Positions 35,906 to 50,064 of a DNA stretch of 64,000 bases are shown here, in pieces (positions within the stretch are counted from its first letter, which is position 1; the number at the start of each line of letters is the position of its first letter). The position numbers were made by a program, and so were the translations under genes. The stretch is taken from contig NC_134469.1 in the NCBI RefSeq assembly GCF_964194025.1, forward strand, positions 66,960,001-67,024,000, given 5' to 3'. The notes beneath the pieces are model-generated. The model had not been told where the DNA came from. It was given only the letters and a program-made list of their open reading frames with translations, and ran no database searches. The DNA comes from Convolutriloba macropyga (Eukaryota).

Positions 35906-36554
35906 TGCTGCTTGATTTTGATTGAATTTTACTGAACTTACAATGCTGCAGTTACTGGTTTTTAATTTTATTTTTGACTGATTCAATTGACTGATATTTC
36001 TTACTGAACTGTTTCGTTCTGACTTTTTTAGTGACTTTTCCACGCTTGACTTTGAATTCAGTCATTTGAATTATTGCCACTCAGGAAATAAGTCGGCTGC
36101 CTAAATAATACTGATTATGAGTGATGACCGTATGTAGCCTATGTACCGTAGAGCTTAATATCCCATTTCCCCCGAGTCTAATCCGTTTTTCGTGATATTT
36201 AAATTATGCAATTGTTAGAATTAATTTTAGCGACGATATCCAATAGCAGGTAAGAATTTTTATTTCGAACACTCGATGCCAAAACAAAAAAAAAATTATA
36301 TAAGAATATTTGAGACAAAATATTGTAGATGAATTATTTGCCGGACCATTATTTGCCGTTTATTGTAATTTGAATTTTTACGATTTTAAGATTTCAATGA
36401 GTTGTCTGTCAAAATTTTGTTGTTAGATCCATTTTTGATCTGAATTTTAATAGTTTTTTTGGAAGTTAGTTTTTAATGCCTGGTGCTCAAGTGATATCAT
36501 ATTTTAAATTTTTTGGTTATGATAAGCGTTTAAGTTACAAATTTTTTAGTTGAC

Positions 36555-37330
36555 CCTCGTAAGGAATAATTGCTTTATTAGTGACTAAAGCTGGAGGTTT
36601 TGGCTGTTAATTCGTTTTTGGAAGTTCCTACATTTTGAGTCGCTTTTGGGATTCTTCCGAAAATGTTTTTCATTTCGTTGTATGACGTTTTGTTCGTTTT
36701 CCATTTTCAACCTTTTACTCTTGATTTGTTTGTTTTTTTTTCTCACATTTATTTCTGACGGAGGTGGTTTCTCTGAGTGGTTACTGGATCTGACCGCGAT
36801 ACGCAGATTGTTGGTTTGACCTTTTACTTGTTGGAAGTTCTGGCCTTCTCAAAAACTTTTCTTGAATACACCCCTTCTGACTATGGCGGAGCCGATATTT
36901 TTTGAAATCATTTCTGTATGTTTTTCGAGTGTTTAAGTTTTAAAAATTCCTAATTAACCTTGTTAAGGAATAATTTTTTTGTTAGTGACAAATTTGGTGG
37001 CTTTGGTTATTAGTACATTTTTGTTAGGGAAGTTACAACGTTTTGAGTCCAGCAATGTGTTTTTTCGACGTTTTTTTCCGTTTTGGGTTTCCAACCATTT
37101 CACTCTTCATGTTGAAGTTTTTGATTTCTCATTTTAAGTTCTGGCAGACGCGATTTCTCTGAGTGTTTAAGTGTTTAATAAAATTGACCACCATACGCAG
37201 ATTGCTGGTTTGACTTCTTCATTGTTGGACGTATTGGCACCCTCAAAAAGTTTGGCACCCTCGACTACACCCCTCTGAATATGGCGGAGCCAATATTTTT
37301 GGAATTATTTTCTGTATCTTTTTCATGTAT
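36555..37330. repeat. Diverged tandem dimer, unit about 390 bp, in ASB intron 3
   Basis: taaggaataatt...ttagtgac at about 36560 and 36964; tacacccc(t)tctgaMtatggcggagccRatatttt at about 36867 and 37266. Confidence 0.75.
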
Positions 37331-37861
37331 TTTATGGCATGCAAGTGAAAGTCTTTCTCAGCTATTCGGTTAATCTGCGGGCTGCTTTTTTCACCTCTAC
37401 TATTTCCCCTGTAATCGCCAAAATCTTTTCCGGATATTTCCTGGGTTTTGAGAAATGATAATGCATTATTTGAAAATTTAATGGATCTTGCAGGCTTAAT
37501 TTTTTATGAAGTTAATATTTATGTTAGATCAGTTGTTTGGAACACCAAATTACGTGATGTCGTAGCGTGAATTTTGAAAAACCGTTTTCATATGTGTTAA
37601 TCGTTTTTGCCTAAGTTTAGTAAACAAAGTTTGTTAAAAAATTTTTTGCTCAATGGCTGCAAGTTTTGTTTAGCCAAATCGAGCTTCCGCCTTATATCCC
37701 ATAAGCTCTATTTCTATTTATTTAATGTTGCGGACTTTTTTAAACGGTTTAACATGAACTACAAACTTGATGAGCATGATATTTTTGGAAATTGGAGGGA
37801 GGCAATTCATGATTTAAACCAACTTCAAAAATGCATGTGTTGATACTGAGAACAATTTTAG

Positions 37862-38064
37862 ATTTGGGAGGACATACTGCGAGTGAAGTATTGTCTATCT
37901 ACACATATTTAAGAGACCTTCAGTATGAGGTGCCCTCTCTGCTCAGTCTCTGCAGACTTCGTCTTCTCTCTCTGTTACCTCCAAAAGACAGACGATCCGT
38001 TGACGCCTTCACTCAATTGCAATTACCCAAAATGCTGTCACAAAAACTTTGTATCAAATTTTAG
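37862..38064 (+). CDS. ASB-type gene last exon (SOCS box)
   Basis: Acceptor ttttag| is phase-compatible with the 28402 donor. VPSLLSLCRLRL is a BC-box and LQLPKML a Cul5-box-like LPxxL, at the C-terminus before TAG. Confidence 0.88.
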
Positions 38065-39129
38065 TATTTAATTCACCAGTTTCAGTTTTGTATCGCAGTT
38101 AATTTTGTTAGTTTGCTTAGTTATACTGTATGATCTTTGTGTTAAAAGCTAATTAAAGAAACTATGTACAGTGATGCCTTTTTTGATTCTTCAATCTTCG
38201 CGTGTGTTGGTATGGTATCATTGAATGGTCTATTGTGAGAATGACATCATTGGAACCTCTAGATAATATAACAGAGAGCATGTTCATCATGCAATATTTT
38301 CATCGGCAATTTCTCTCGTAGTAGCTTTCTAGGGTGACAATTTCTCAAAATTTGGTCATCTGGGGGCTTTATTCATTGCTCTCGAACGAAATTCGAAGTA
38401 GTTATTATAAACGTATATCTTTTTAATGTAGAATGTTCACTTGACCGTTCTAGTGACTTCTTAACGCCTGAGTTCTAATATATTCTGTGATCTAAATTGA
38501 TGGCATTCAGAAATTCAGTCGGTCTGAAAACGCGAAATTAAGTCGATGTCTGTCGGAAATAAAACAGATTCTGAGCGAACCGATATGGCGTATTGATTCA
38601 GGCAGGGACGAACATGTTGGATGTCACAGGTTTTTGAACCCCTCCTCTAAACCTGTGAAGATGTCTCGGCTACACCTGTATGAATTAATCTGCCCAGCAT
38701 GCTGTTCAAAAGCAATTTGTTACGTTTGTGGGTTTAGAGAGAGGTAATTCCAATGTGTAAAAATGTATCAAATCTATAATTCAACATAACATCAGAAAGC
38801 TTCAAGTTATCTTTGGCTATATAAAAAACTATGATAAACTCAGAGAGGGGAGTTGACTGATCCAAATGGATCACTGAGCACTGACGTGTCACGAGACGCC
38901 ATTTCGAATTAAAAAATCAACATAATAAAAAAAAAAAAACAATTTTTTGTTAGACAAAAATTGTAAGAAAAAGGTAAAAGCAAAATTTCTCACCAAAGTC
39001 ATGGGATTTTTCAGTTTTGTCAACATTTTTGTGCCCCATCAGGAGGCCCTACCTACAGCATTTTGAAGCATTTGTGTGATATGTTTTAATGATTATAAAT
39101 AAAGTAAAAAAAACGCGGGAATCAATTAT

Positions 39130-42100
39130 GCGAAAACAGTGTTCGTTAACTGATTGTTCAATAAAATGAAGTTCTCCTTAATTATATGCACATAATTTGT
39201 ATCCGAGAATTCAGAGGGTTGGGCAAAATTAAGTAATAGTCTATTGCTTTCCATTGAGATTAAATAGTTTGGCATCTCTGTATCTAAGTGAATACTGTGA
39301 AGTTTTTGTTCACACTTTGAGTTTGTAAGAACCTTTTTTGATCTTCTGGTCGAATGGTTTGAACGATATTCATGGGCACAAAAGAGATGTGTATCACTGT
39401 GCATTTTTTTCATTGATGTTATCCAAAACTTTTCGCAAAAAGTTTATACACATGCAGTTCGTTATTTGTTAAGATTTTATTTTTCTCAAGAGTAACATTG
39501 TGTGTACTTAAGGAACAAAATGAGTCTGAATTTCCCTTCAGTTATACTAGTGGTTCACAGATGGTAAAATTAACTTATCCATGTATCGAAACACCGTATT
39601 GATATTCTTTGCATAATATTGCCGTTATATATTTTTTTGAAACATAATGCCCTAACTATGTCACAATTACGCACTAATTAGATAATTTTTTTCACCTCAT
39701 GCGCCAATACGAGTTCAATCTTTTTAATTATATATGCACTCCAAGTGATTTGCAGCTTCAGCTGAACAGGGATTTTAATTTTAAAATCAGTAAGCAGATT
39801 GGCGATAGGGGCACTTACCTTTTTTGTTTCTCATTTCACCACTCTTTTAGTGGCAACTTCTGCAGTAAAGCCATTTATTTTTCGGAGTTCATCACATCTT
39901 TGTATTACGCCAAATTATTTTTTCTTGCTATTAGGATTATCGGCAAAGAGAAAAATTTGCAGTATTTGTATACATCTGCAAGGCAATTTTTTTAAGAAGG
40001 TGGTGAAGGTCCGAAAGTTGAGTTTTGTGGAACTGCTTAATCTATTTTTGCCAGTATGAGTTAACATTTTTGACTGCAACACAGTCTTCGTGATAAATAA
40101 TCTCTAATCCAGGTAAGGCAGACGCCTCTTATGCTATATGCTTCAAAATTTTTTAAGAGGATTTATTGACTAACTCTAACAGTATCAAAGGCTTGAAAAT
40201 TATAGCTTTCAGGAATTGGTTCTGTTAACTTTGCAACGGCATCAATTTGTTTTTTTTCGACAACCGGGAATGTGCTATCTTTGAAAAAGTTGTTTATAAG
40301 ATAAACAAGATTATTGTAGGTTCAAGAACTTGTTTTCTTAATCGAGTTGATACGAATATTATCTCACCGATTCCTGAAGAGGATTTGATTTCTGTTTTAG
40401 ATTGTCACTGATTTGAATGACCTTGTGGCCGTTAGTTCGATAAAGCTAGTTGGATTCTTATTGGAATTCAATACCGAGAAAACATCAATTACTTGTTCTA
40501 ATCATGCTTCGAAATGCACAAAAGCAATGTTAGCACTTCCTTTTTCTGTGTTCTTTATTTTGGCCATTGAGTTGGAAGGTTAAAAAACGGCCGTTTTGTT
40601 AGGTTTTAAAAAAACTGGTTTTACGCAAAGAAGTGCAAAGAGTTTCTTTTGTTTTTTTGCGCTTCAAAATAATGATTGGTGGGAAGATAATCGCAGTACG
40701 TTTGGCTTTTCAGTGCAAATGCGTTCTTAGCCTTCACATTATCACAAAAAATGATCCAAGTAAATCTCAGTAATTCGGTAAGGTGAGTTGACTCAAGAAA
40801 ACATAGTTCAAAGCTATTTGATCTTATTTTAAAGATTTGAAGAATTCAACCAATTTTTCAACTACGTTAATGTTTAGGTCACCACGAACTATTATTGTCA
40901 TAACATTTGTGGAGGTTTCCGTAGTTTCATCCAGCTCAAACATAGAGTTCTGCGTATTCACGCGAGGATAATACTGAACTAACTACGCAATTTTCAAAAC
41001 TCAAATCTTTAGATGAACTGAAAGATTTTGCTCTATATTACTATTCAGCTCTTCAATCAAGTTCACGTCACTTAATTGAATCATGATACCTCATCCCCTA
41101 CCACTCCTTGATATTGTCAAACAATTCTTATATTTTGTTTCATTCAAGAGGTTCGTATTATATTTTATTGTTTGCCAAGATTCTTTTAAACAGATTATGG
41201 AAGGAGCAGACCCACAACAAAAAATCAGTGCCTCTAATTCTACATATTTTGTATGGGTCTGGTATTGAGTTTTGTATGGTTTTGGTGCAGTTTTTTTTTG
41301 TTAATTTGATTGAGCTATTTATAGAACTCTGACTTAGTCTCCTTTCCATTAGTTGAGTCACGTGAGTTAATTTTGAGACCCATAATAAAATGTAAGGATT
41401 TGTCTCTGAGCTCTCTTTATTTTTAGCTGCTCCATAAGATTTTTATATAGTTTTGTTTTATTATTTAGGGCCTGCATTTCAGAGAGGGCCTCTAAGGTGA
41501 TGATGGTTTCCCCAGCAGGAAATTTGGTGGCTTAGATAACCTTGGAACAGACGTGTCTAAATTGAATGCAATGAATCCATTGAATTCTTATCGATTTGGT
41601 TTTTTTGTCTTTGGGCATTACTTGAAAATCTGGTAAACGTATTATCAATGTTATCAGCAATGGGCTGCAACTCGGCAATGTGTTTGCTCGAATTGGGCTC
41701 AATATAACGTGTCATCCGATCGGACTGGATTTGTTAAAGTGGAATCGAATTTTTGGAATTCACTTCATTAAAATGTTTGGCCGGGGCGTCCTCTTCGAAG
41801 GCCAAATCATGTCTGGCCAGTCTTTCATGAATAAAAACTGGCTTTCCATTATTTGGATTTTGAAAGTTTGGAGCAACCCCTTCCTGGTCCAGGCTCTTGC
41901 TTTTGTTCGAAATACATCATTGTTGACTTTCAGTACGTTCAGGTATAGATTAATGGCAAATGAGAGGTAAGTACCATTTGTGCTACCAATGGCTACCAAT
42001 TCAGTTTACGAAATATTAAACATCTTTAGATTGATATCTCTCAAGTTGAATGATATCTCTCAAATTATCATTTGTGCCACCTCTGATTCTAATTTGGCAC

Positions 42101-42300
42101 TTCGCCCGTTTTGACGGCTTTTTTTTACAATGAGCAATTTCTTTACATGAATCGTGAAGGTCCTCACTCTCCTTCAATTTTTTCATCAAATCTCCCATAA
42201 AATGAACGTGCAATAAGTACCTTATCATTACAAACAAAATTCAGGTTGGTCTGAAAGAAAACAAGACCAGCCAGTCTCGCGCTTTGTGTACAGTTAGATC
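39130..42300 (-). mobile_element. Decayed CR1/L2-clade non-LTR retrotransposon (ORF1 + APE endonuclease + RT remnants)
   Basis: Minus-strand motifs occur in the correct order. ORF1: IIQLERYQSKDV (about 42016-42060) and GKPVFIHERL (about 41820-41850). APE: GDLNIN (about 40866-40883) and LDHF (about 40750). RT: LINNFFKDSTFP (about 40270-40300), AFDTV (40178-40192), ILLKNFEAYSIRGVCLTWIRDYLSRR (about 40085-40165), LADV for YADD (about 39975) and QYGV (about 39595). Many stops and frameshifts; boundaries approximate. Confidence 0.8.
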
Positions 42301-43642
42301 TCACCGCCACTTTCGAAAGGGTTGATCACAGCCTATTACATCAGAAAATGCCGGAAGTCCTTGAAAAAAAACCGCATTCTTACTAGAACTGTTAAATGTA
42401 TAATACACCAATACCGCTGTAAGCTTAAGTTGTGATTGCTTTCTATCGTCTATGAAAGCATTTATATGAAACATGATTGGATTAGCGTAGAGCGGGGGTT
42501 GATCGCTAAAGGGTTTATCCGAAGTAATGACAACTAATTTTTTTAAACCATATAAATGCCTCAGAAAATAGATTTTGTTGTGTTGGACAATCCGGGAGCC
42601 CATTTGCCGCTAGATTGATCGATTTAAAGTTTTCCAATTAAAAAGCCATGCGGGGATTTTCACCAAAAGTATCCGAAACGGTGATGAGAAATTGCTGATT
42701 GGCTAGTTTAAAAATTTTGGTTGAATTTTTGTTTTTCACAGTCTTATCCCGGAAGCTGTTTAATTTATTTTTGAACTCTGAAGACATCAGATAATGAGAT
42801 ATTATTCATGCGCATGCACAAGCAGAAAACTGCTTGTTTTGTATGCGATCTATAAAAAGGATAGCACTTTACGTATTGGAATATTATCAACTTTTTGGGA
42901 AAAATGACAGATTCAAAACTAATTACTTCTTCAGGTTTTAAAATATTTTAAGCTGTGACAGCCTTGAGAAGCGATTTCATCTGATATTTAGGAGGATATC
43001 AGGCTTCGGTGGATAAGTTTTCTTAAAATATTTCATCATGCCAATACCCTGCATAGGAGTGTATTTCTGAAATGCATTATTAATGAAAAAAATCGGTCCA
43101 CCTCAGTTTTGAGATATTTGTAAGCGTGAAATTTTAAAATTTGGCGTGTAATGTCAATGCAGTGAATGTTGAGGGAGTCTAACGGCTTCTTATCCACTTC
43201 CTTATCGCATAGCTGCTTAAAAGTTGGTCTTCAGAACTGTGAAAAATGAGCAAAGTTGGAAAGAATGTTTACGACTAAATAGGAACACCATACGTCATAG
43301 CGGCCTTGCTGAACTGCGTTTTGCTGCCCCTTAAATTAAGGCAAGGTGACTGGCTGAGAACAATCAACAGCAATCTCGTTGGGTCAACCTACGGACATAG
43401 TTTGTCCCGCAGATCTAACACCGATAACAAGCGCGTTGTGGGGGGCATTGCCAATCGCGGAAGGTACTTCGCGTCAAAACCCGTTTGCAGTCACATAATG
43501 TTAGTTTTCAAAGCTGTTTCATTTGTTCTGCAAATTGCTGTCTTTGTACCTAAAATAAGCTAGTCTTTGTAAGTGTAACCTCGCCATTAGCATTCACGCG
43601 GCGCACCGTATAAGTTCGACTAATTAGAGGTATTTGTTTTGT

Positions 43643-46600
43643 TTAATAGCCGCATAGCGATAGTTGAGGCTATTATTTGCCGTCTTTTGGCTTTTTACAA
43701 TCAAAAGTATTTAGATTGTATTGGTGTGCTGTCTTTTTTAAGATCTGTTTAAACTTTGTTCGGCTTTTTGACGTCAATGAGAAATCAATTTATAGTGGTG
43801 ATTCTAGTCAAGCTGAAGTAGTAAAGGGAGCGAAAAATCGGTTAGATCTGAGGTGTGATTTTTTTTGACAAACTTCTTTTAACGTTGAGTAATAAATTGG
43901 TATTTGAACAAAATTTCAGTTTTTCTTGGGGATTTTTTTGTCACGTGCGTCAATTTGACTTCTGTTTTCGTTATTTCCTCTATTGAGTGCTATTAAAATG
44001 ATTTATATGTCTTCTAATTGCGCTTATTTGCACTTGCTTGAATTCATCAATGGGCAGTTGTATTTTTAATTGCTCTTGAACGAAGTTCATAGCAACTATT
44101 GTAAACGTGTGTGTCTTTTTTAATGCAAAATTTTTGCTTGACGGTTTTGACTTTTCGGGTGACTTTTACGCCCTCGACATTTTGCGTTTAGCGTGCACTA
44201 AATTTTTCTCTCAATCACATTTTCAAGCAGCTGAACTCAATTGGCGGCTATTTAATACTAAAGGTCAAATGAAAATTGCGCCGAAACTGGTGCCATTTTT
44301 CACTTAATAATGGTATATCTTAACCTCTAATGTGGTTATTTGAAGCCCACTATTGAACTTCTTAGTCCCATTTAGTCTCCCTTCCCTCCCTCCCCTCCCC
44401 GATTGAAGCAGGCTGCAATTGATTAGAGCTCCTTCTAGTCGTTCGAGAGCAATTCTTCCGACGTTTAGTCGGTTATGTTTAATAGAGTATATAAGTAAAT
44501 TATGAGAACTCATTAATGTGTTCCATAAAACTGCTTCTGAAGGCTCAAGTTTTTAGGTGAGTTTTTTAGTCCTTTCTCACTGCAATTTCTTTATTTTTGA
44601 ACTGTTATTGTAATCGATCTATATAAAGATGTTTTATTCATTTTTTGGTTGTATAAATGATTTTTGTTTTGGTTTGAGCATTGACAAAGCTGTACTCGCA
44701 ATAATGCTACTTGTGACTTCTTCGTTCAGCATCTCTTCATTTTTTTGGTTGTTCACCACCCCCGACTGAAGCAGGTTGCAATTGATTAGAGCTCCCACTA
44801 GTCGTTTGAGAGCAATTATCCCGACATTTAGTCGGTTATGTTTTTTTTACTTTGACACTATTTGTAGTCATAAAATATTAGACAATATTTGAATTTTCCC
44901 CTTTTTTAAATTTTTATCCTGTCCTATGACTTGTTATTGTTAATGACAGGTCTTATTGGCTGCTAATCAGACAGAAAAGAGACAATTTAATTGTGTGAGT
45001 CCACAGCTAGTGGTTTTTGTGACTTTAACACTATTTGTTCTGAAAAGTTTTTAGTGAATGTTTGAGTTTCTCGTATTTATTGAACTTATTGTGTTATGAC
45101 TTAATCTCATTAGGGACAGGTGTATTAGGTTTCGAATAGAGATTAAACTGATCGATATCAGTTTAAGGCTATTCATGTATTTCAAGAAATGTTCTCTCAG
45201 TTTCCTTAATGACAGCTGCCATCAGTTGCCAAGAATGCAAAATTCATAGCATTTGCTTTCTAAAAACTATACGCTGTTCGTTTTCAAATTAAATTTGTCA
45301 GTTTTTGAGTTTTGGATGTATTTGTTATACTTGTTATGCTGTCGTGTCACTTATTCTCAATGAAGACAGGTAACGGAGGTTGGTAATAAACATTTTGTTA
45401 CTCGAAAAAATGGCATCCTGTTCTTTAGTTTTTGCGAAATTTGAATTGTTTTCCGTTGTCTTCAGTTATCTCATTTACGATAGGTTTCATGAATTGCTGA
45501 TGAGAAAAAAGTTCAATCAAGTTTATCGCCTGAGATCATAGCTTTTTTTTATTTTTGGACATTCTTTCCAAAAAAGAAAATTGATTTTTAGTCTTGCATT
45601 CTTTCTCAATCATTTTACAAAAGTACATATTTCATTGGTTTTGTAGTGCTGTGTGATGTTGGTCAGTGATGATTCAGTTTTTGCTAATTTTCATATAAAT
45701 ATTACGCTGTTCGTTTTCTTTAATTTTTGTCGATTTTTGTGTTTTGCGAATTTGTGTCACTATGCTGTCTTATCTCGTTGTTTCATTATTGGCAGCGCAT
45801 CAAATACTGAGGATATTTAATTATTTGAGTTAATGATTTCAGGTTATTTAAAATGTTTTCTTTGAGTTATACGTTGTTTGTTTTCAAGAATATACTGAAT
45901 TTTGCATGTTTTCAAGAAAGTGCAGAGTTTTGCTTGTACTACAGAGTTTTCCTTATCGCTGAATTGTCACACATTCTCATTAACGATAGGTCTGCTTAGT
46001 TGCTAATGAAGATTTGGTTTCTGAAAGAACTCTTCGAGTTTATAGCTAATTCCCTTTGTTTTTTTCATACTGCTTATGTTCAAAAATGTAAGCCTGTTTA
46101 GTTTTTGCGAAAATTGATTGAATTTTTGTTATCTTTTTGCTTAGTCTCATTTATGACAGTTTTAATTGGTTGCTAATGATGCAAAACTAATCTAATAGTG
46201 TAGTTCACGGGAATCAATTTGTTGCTTTTGACTCTTCTTTAAAAAATCTCATTTTTTTACTCTTGCACATTTTTGTTTTGCCTGTGGTCTAGTAGCTCGC
46301 TCTAAAAAAATGAAATTCTCAATTTTGTTCAGTTTATTTACTTATCGTTTGTTGATCTGTTTTTGACTGAAAAACTGTTTTTTTCCCAGTTTTTTAAGGG
46401 AATTTGTATATCTTGCCTTCATTTTCAGTATATATCTTTCAGCCATGAGAGGTGCTAATAAAAATTTTACTGAATATAAATAAGTTGTTTTTTGGTTCGC
46501 TCTGACTAAAAATTCTTGTATGTAATTACGTGTTTATTTTACTTCGACTCTATTGGTTTTTAAAAGTTTCTTGATTTCCAAGTTTTTGCCTCCTTTTTGC

Positions 46601-47172
46601 TTTGTCTCGCCTTGTTTCCTTGTTTCCCCACTAGATTGTTGTATTGTTGAAGTCATTCTAGGGATGCCAAGGGTCATTGTAGGGGTCGTTAATAAAGTGA
46701 AGTTATTATTGCGCATTACCATTATAGCGTACTGTTTTTGTTTCTCAAAGTACTGGATCTTGGAAAATTAACTTTTTTGATTGTTTCAAATTGCAATTCA
46801 ACTCCTCGGATTATTATTCAAATCTTCATTATTCAAGTCAGTAAGTCAGGACTTGTCCTGCTATGTTTTTTTTAATTTCGTCATTTTTTTGTTACGACCA
46901 TATAACCTCATGACTACTTTAAATCTGCTTTTTGTTCATTCGTTCATGCAATTGATTTGCATGCGTGACGTCCTCTTTCACTCGTAGTGGAGAGAAGTTT
47001 TTGTTCATTAGCGTGATGAAATGTGACTTAGCTCACTCTCAAAGATGACTTCCTCACTTTGAAGCAGTAATAAGTACAAAAAAGCAACTCGGTATTTAAT
47101 AAAGAAGTTTTTTGAGACGGCAGATCTACGAAGCTATTGCGGCTATTTTCTGGCAATCTTCCAGCTGTTTTT
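43643..47172 (+). mobile_element. Nested HINE complex: A(43643-47172) containing D(43695-46867) containing B(44066-44479, extra B 3' end at about 44842)
   Basis: Terminal motifs appear in bracket order A5', D5', B5', B3', B3', D3', A3'. Confidence 0.7.
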
Positions 47173-48705
47173 CAATAGCTGCGGTAGCTGAAAATTGCCA
47201 ACGCTGCTTTTCGTTCATTCAGTTGTGCAATGCGTCAAAAGTATTGCGTGTGTGCCGTCGCTTTTGTCATACCTATGTAATAGTTTTTCTCTAGTGAATA
47301 ATTTTTTTGTCATTCCTGATTTACATCTCACAAACTGACTTTCCTCTTTGATTTAATTTTACTTACTCTGCTGGGATCATTTAAATAGGAATACTCTAAC
47401 TGAAGGTTATTTGGAGTCAGCTTCACTCTACATAAGTCTTTATCAATTTACAGGCATCAATCGAATTCAATTTTTCCATCTTTATAAGGTCTATCTTTAA
47501 TTTCATTTTGAAACTACCCGGTCTATAAAGCTATCCTGGCAAGCTGCCATCTATGTGTTAATTGTAATTAGACTTGTTTTATCATTTGAGAAAAGAGCTC
47601 TCATTTGTTTTTAATTTTGAGCTCCACATATTTTTTGTTGGTTTTGAAGAATAAATGAAAACCAAGATGAACCTACAGAGGTGCTAGAATTGAGTTTTTA
47701 CAACGCAATTTGCTGTGTAATTTGTAATTTTTTGTAATTATGTAGTTCGAAAATTTCTAGTTCTAAAATTTTGCCAGATTGAGTCCTTGTGAAATGGTTA
47801 TTCGTTTCCTCCCATTTAATTTGGCTCTTGTTTTTCACGAGTTGAATCTATTATTTCGTTCTCTGTAGTAGTTAATTAGGGAAATTGAGCTGAATAGTTG
47901 CTCTCCGAAAACTACTTTTCTTTTTTGTAATTCTGTCGGCGTTTTGAATTTTCGATTGACTCATTCGCTCCTCTCTTCTGTTTTTAACCGCAATTCGATC
48001 GAGGTTAGTCGACTAGTTTTGTAACCTAAAAGTTAAAATGTATTTAGCATGTAAATTGCTTGGCATCAAAATTCAGCTAAAATTTGAGGGTCTTGAGTTA
48101 TTGGAGCTAGATATGCAAATGATATTCATGTTAGATAATTCACAATTCGAATAGCTGTAGTCAATTGGCATGAAAAGTGATATCTGAAGACAGATTTCGG
48201 CCTATATCAAAATCTCCTCTATCAAAGGCGTTATGTATACTGATTCGATTTTATCTAACGATGTTTTTTATACAGCAAAACCTTATCCACAATTTTTGTA
48301 ATGCAAAAAGTTTCTGCAAAAACGATTTTTCGGCTTGAATTTAGGGCTAACATTTTGATTCTTCATATTGGAAACTTCAAATGCAAACGATATGCTCTCT
48401 AGTATAATACAATGCTTATCGAACCGATTCAGCTATTGGCGGTGGCAGAGTGGAAACAAATAACATTGCTCAAAAATGAGTTTTTCCTCGGTGTTTTTCC
48501 TCAAAACTTTTAAAATACTTGGGTCATTAATAACTGTTTGTGATATTTAAACTACTTTTCTCCTTTTCAGAAAAAAAACTAACTATGTAAGGTGCCATTA
48601 AATTTTCATTCACTTATTAAACACCAACTCATTTTGATTTCCGTGGTAATGGAGATATCTTCTCAACCCTCGCAATCTTCCGCGTGGTTAAATTTTTCTT
48701 TTTTG

Positions 48706-50064
48706 TTAATAGCCGCCGTCAACATATCAAGGGCTATTATTTTGGCGCTCTCCTTCGCACGACTCGTATTGGTATTCTTTTGGAATAGATTTGAAATAGG
48801 AAATTCCGCGCGTAAGTTTTAAAGATTTCACTGCTCTACAGATTTGAAGGGCAGAGCCAAAAGAGTGAATTTGTTTGCTCATACTGCAGTTATTGAGAGT
48901 GCGAGAAACCGAAGTGTTTACAAATTTCTAAGTGAGCAAAATTTTATCACTTGCGGATTTTTCAATAAGTTTTTGGTTGACTATTTTTTTCAGTTAAGAG
49001 GTTTGAAAAGGCTTTTAAACAATTTCAAGGTTGTTGTGACAGTGCATTCAATTTTATGGTTATTAATATATGCTAAGTTTAATCTATGCTAAGGAGTTCT
49101 ATGCTGATTTTGAGGTTTTGCAGTAATTTTGCTTTTTTAAACTACTTTCACAATTTTTTGCACGTTCGTTTTCAGTGCAATCATTGGGTATTGAATCGCC
49201 GCTTAGTGTTCGATATAATTTTGAGATACCAGTTCTCTGCAGTTTGGGAACATATGGCATAAACCATTTTTGTTGAGACATGACAAAAAGTGGAGATATT
49301 TAAAACTTTTTTGTAAATTTCTTTCAGTTTTTCAACTTTTACTTATATTAAGCATGTTTTTGAGCCTAATACGCTTTCCTATTGTTGTGTAAGCATTTTA
49401 GTGATCCACATCTTGATTATAGAAATGATTTTGTTTTTTTGTGCGCTTCAATCGGATGAGGAGTTAAATTTTTCTGTTCTTTATTTTAGTTGGTTAGTTT
49501 GGATCTATTTATTTGATTATTGACTTTAATTTACCTTCTTTGTTTTTTCTGAGAAACTTCATTATGTTTTAGTTTTGTGAAAGGGTTGTTTTTGGCAGAG
49601 ATTTTTCTTTGATTCGTTTGCTGAATTCTTCTGTATATGTTAGTGTTCGTTTTACCTTCCGGTCAGGTTTTTTGTTTTACATGTCATGACTTTCATCTTT
49701 GACCTCACTCAATGTTTCAACTGAATGGAATTGAGTGCTTTCAATTATTGAGTTATGCAATGGAGTGAATACGGTCAAGGTCAAAAGAAAAATGAAAAGA
49801 TACGGGATAAACGGATAAAGCCGGTCTTTAATAGTGCATTAAGTCATCAAAATTCAGTAGAGTAGCTGACTCTACTATTGAGCTTAATAACCTTCAGTTT
49901 AGAAGTTGATTTAAGTATAAGTTTAGAATCTAACCTAAAAGCCACATCAAATTTGAACACTTTTTGACAGAAAAGGTTAGTGTCAATTTCCATCTCTTCT
50001 TTTTTTCTGTTTCAATCCCGATAAGCGGAATGAGCGCCAACGGCGGCTATATTCCGGCTATGTT
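48706..50064 (+). mobile_element. HINE family A element with internal insertions
   Basis: 5' ttaatagccgccgtc...gggctatt; the internal block 49680-49930 is homologous to 23490-23740; 3' cggcggctatattccggctatgtt with a partly deleted hairpin. Confidence 0.65.

Noticed and set aside
14530-38064. DCAF15 (CRL4 receptor) next to an ASB gene (CRL5 receptor) as a functional ubiquitin-ligase cluster
   Set aside because: Adjacency of two genes from large functional classes is expected by chance; no synteny or co-expression evidence is available.
38591-38690. Small imperfect inverted repeat
   Set aside because: Only about 12/15 terminal matches and no clear TSD; too weak to call.
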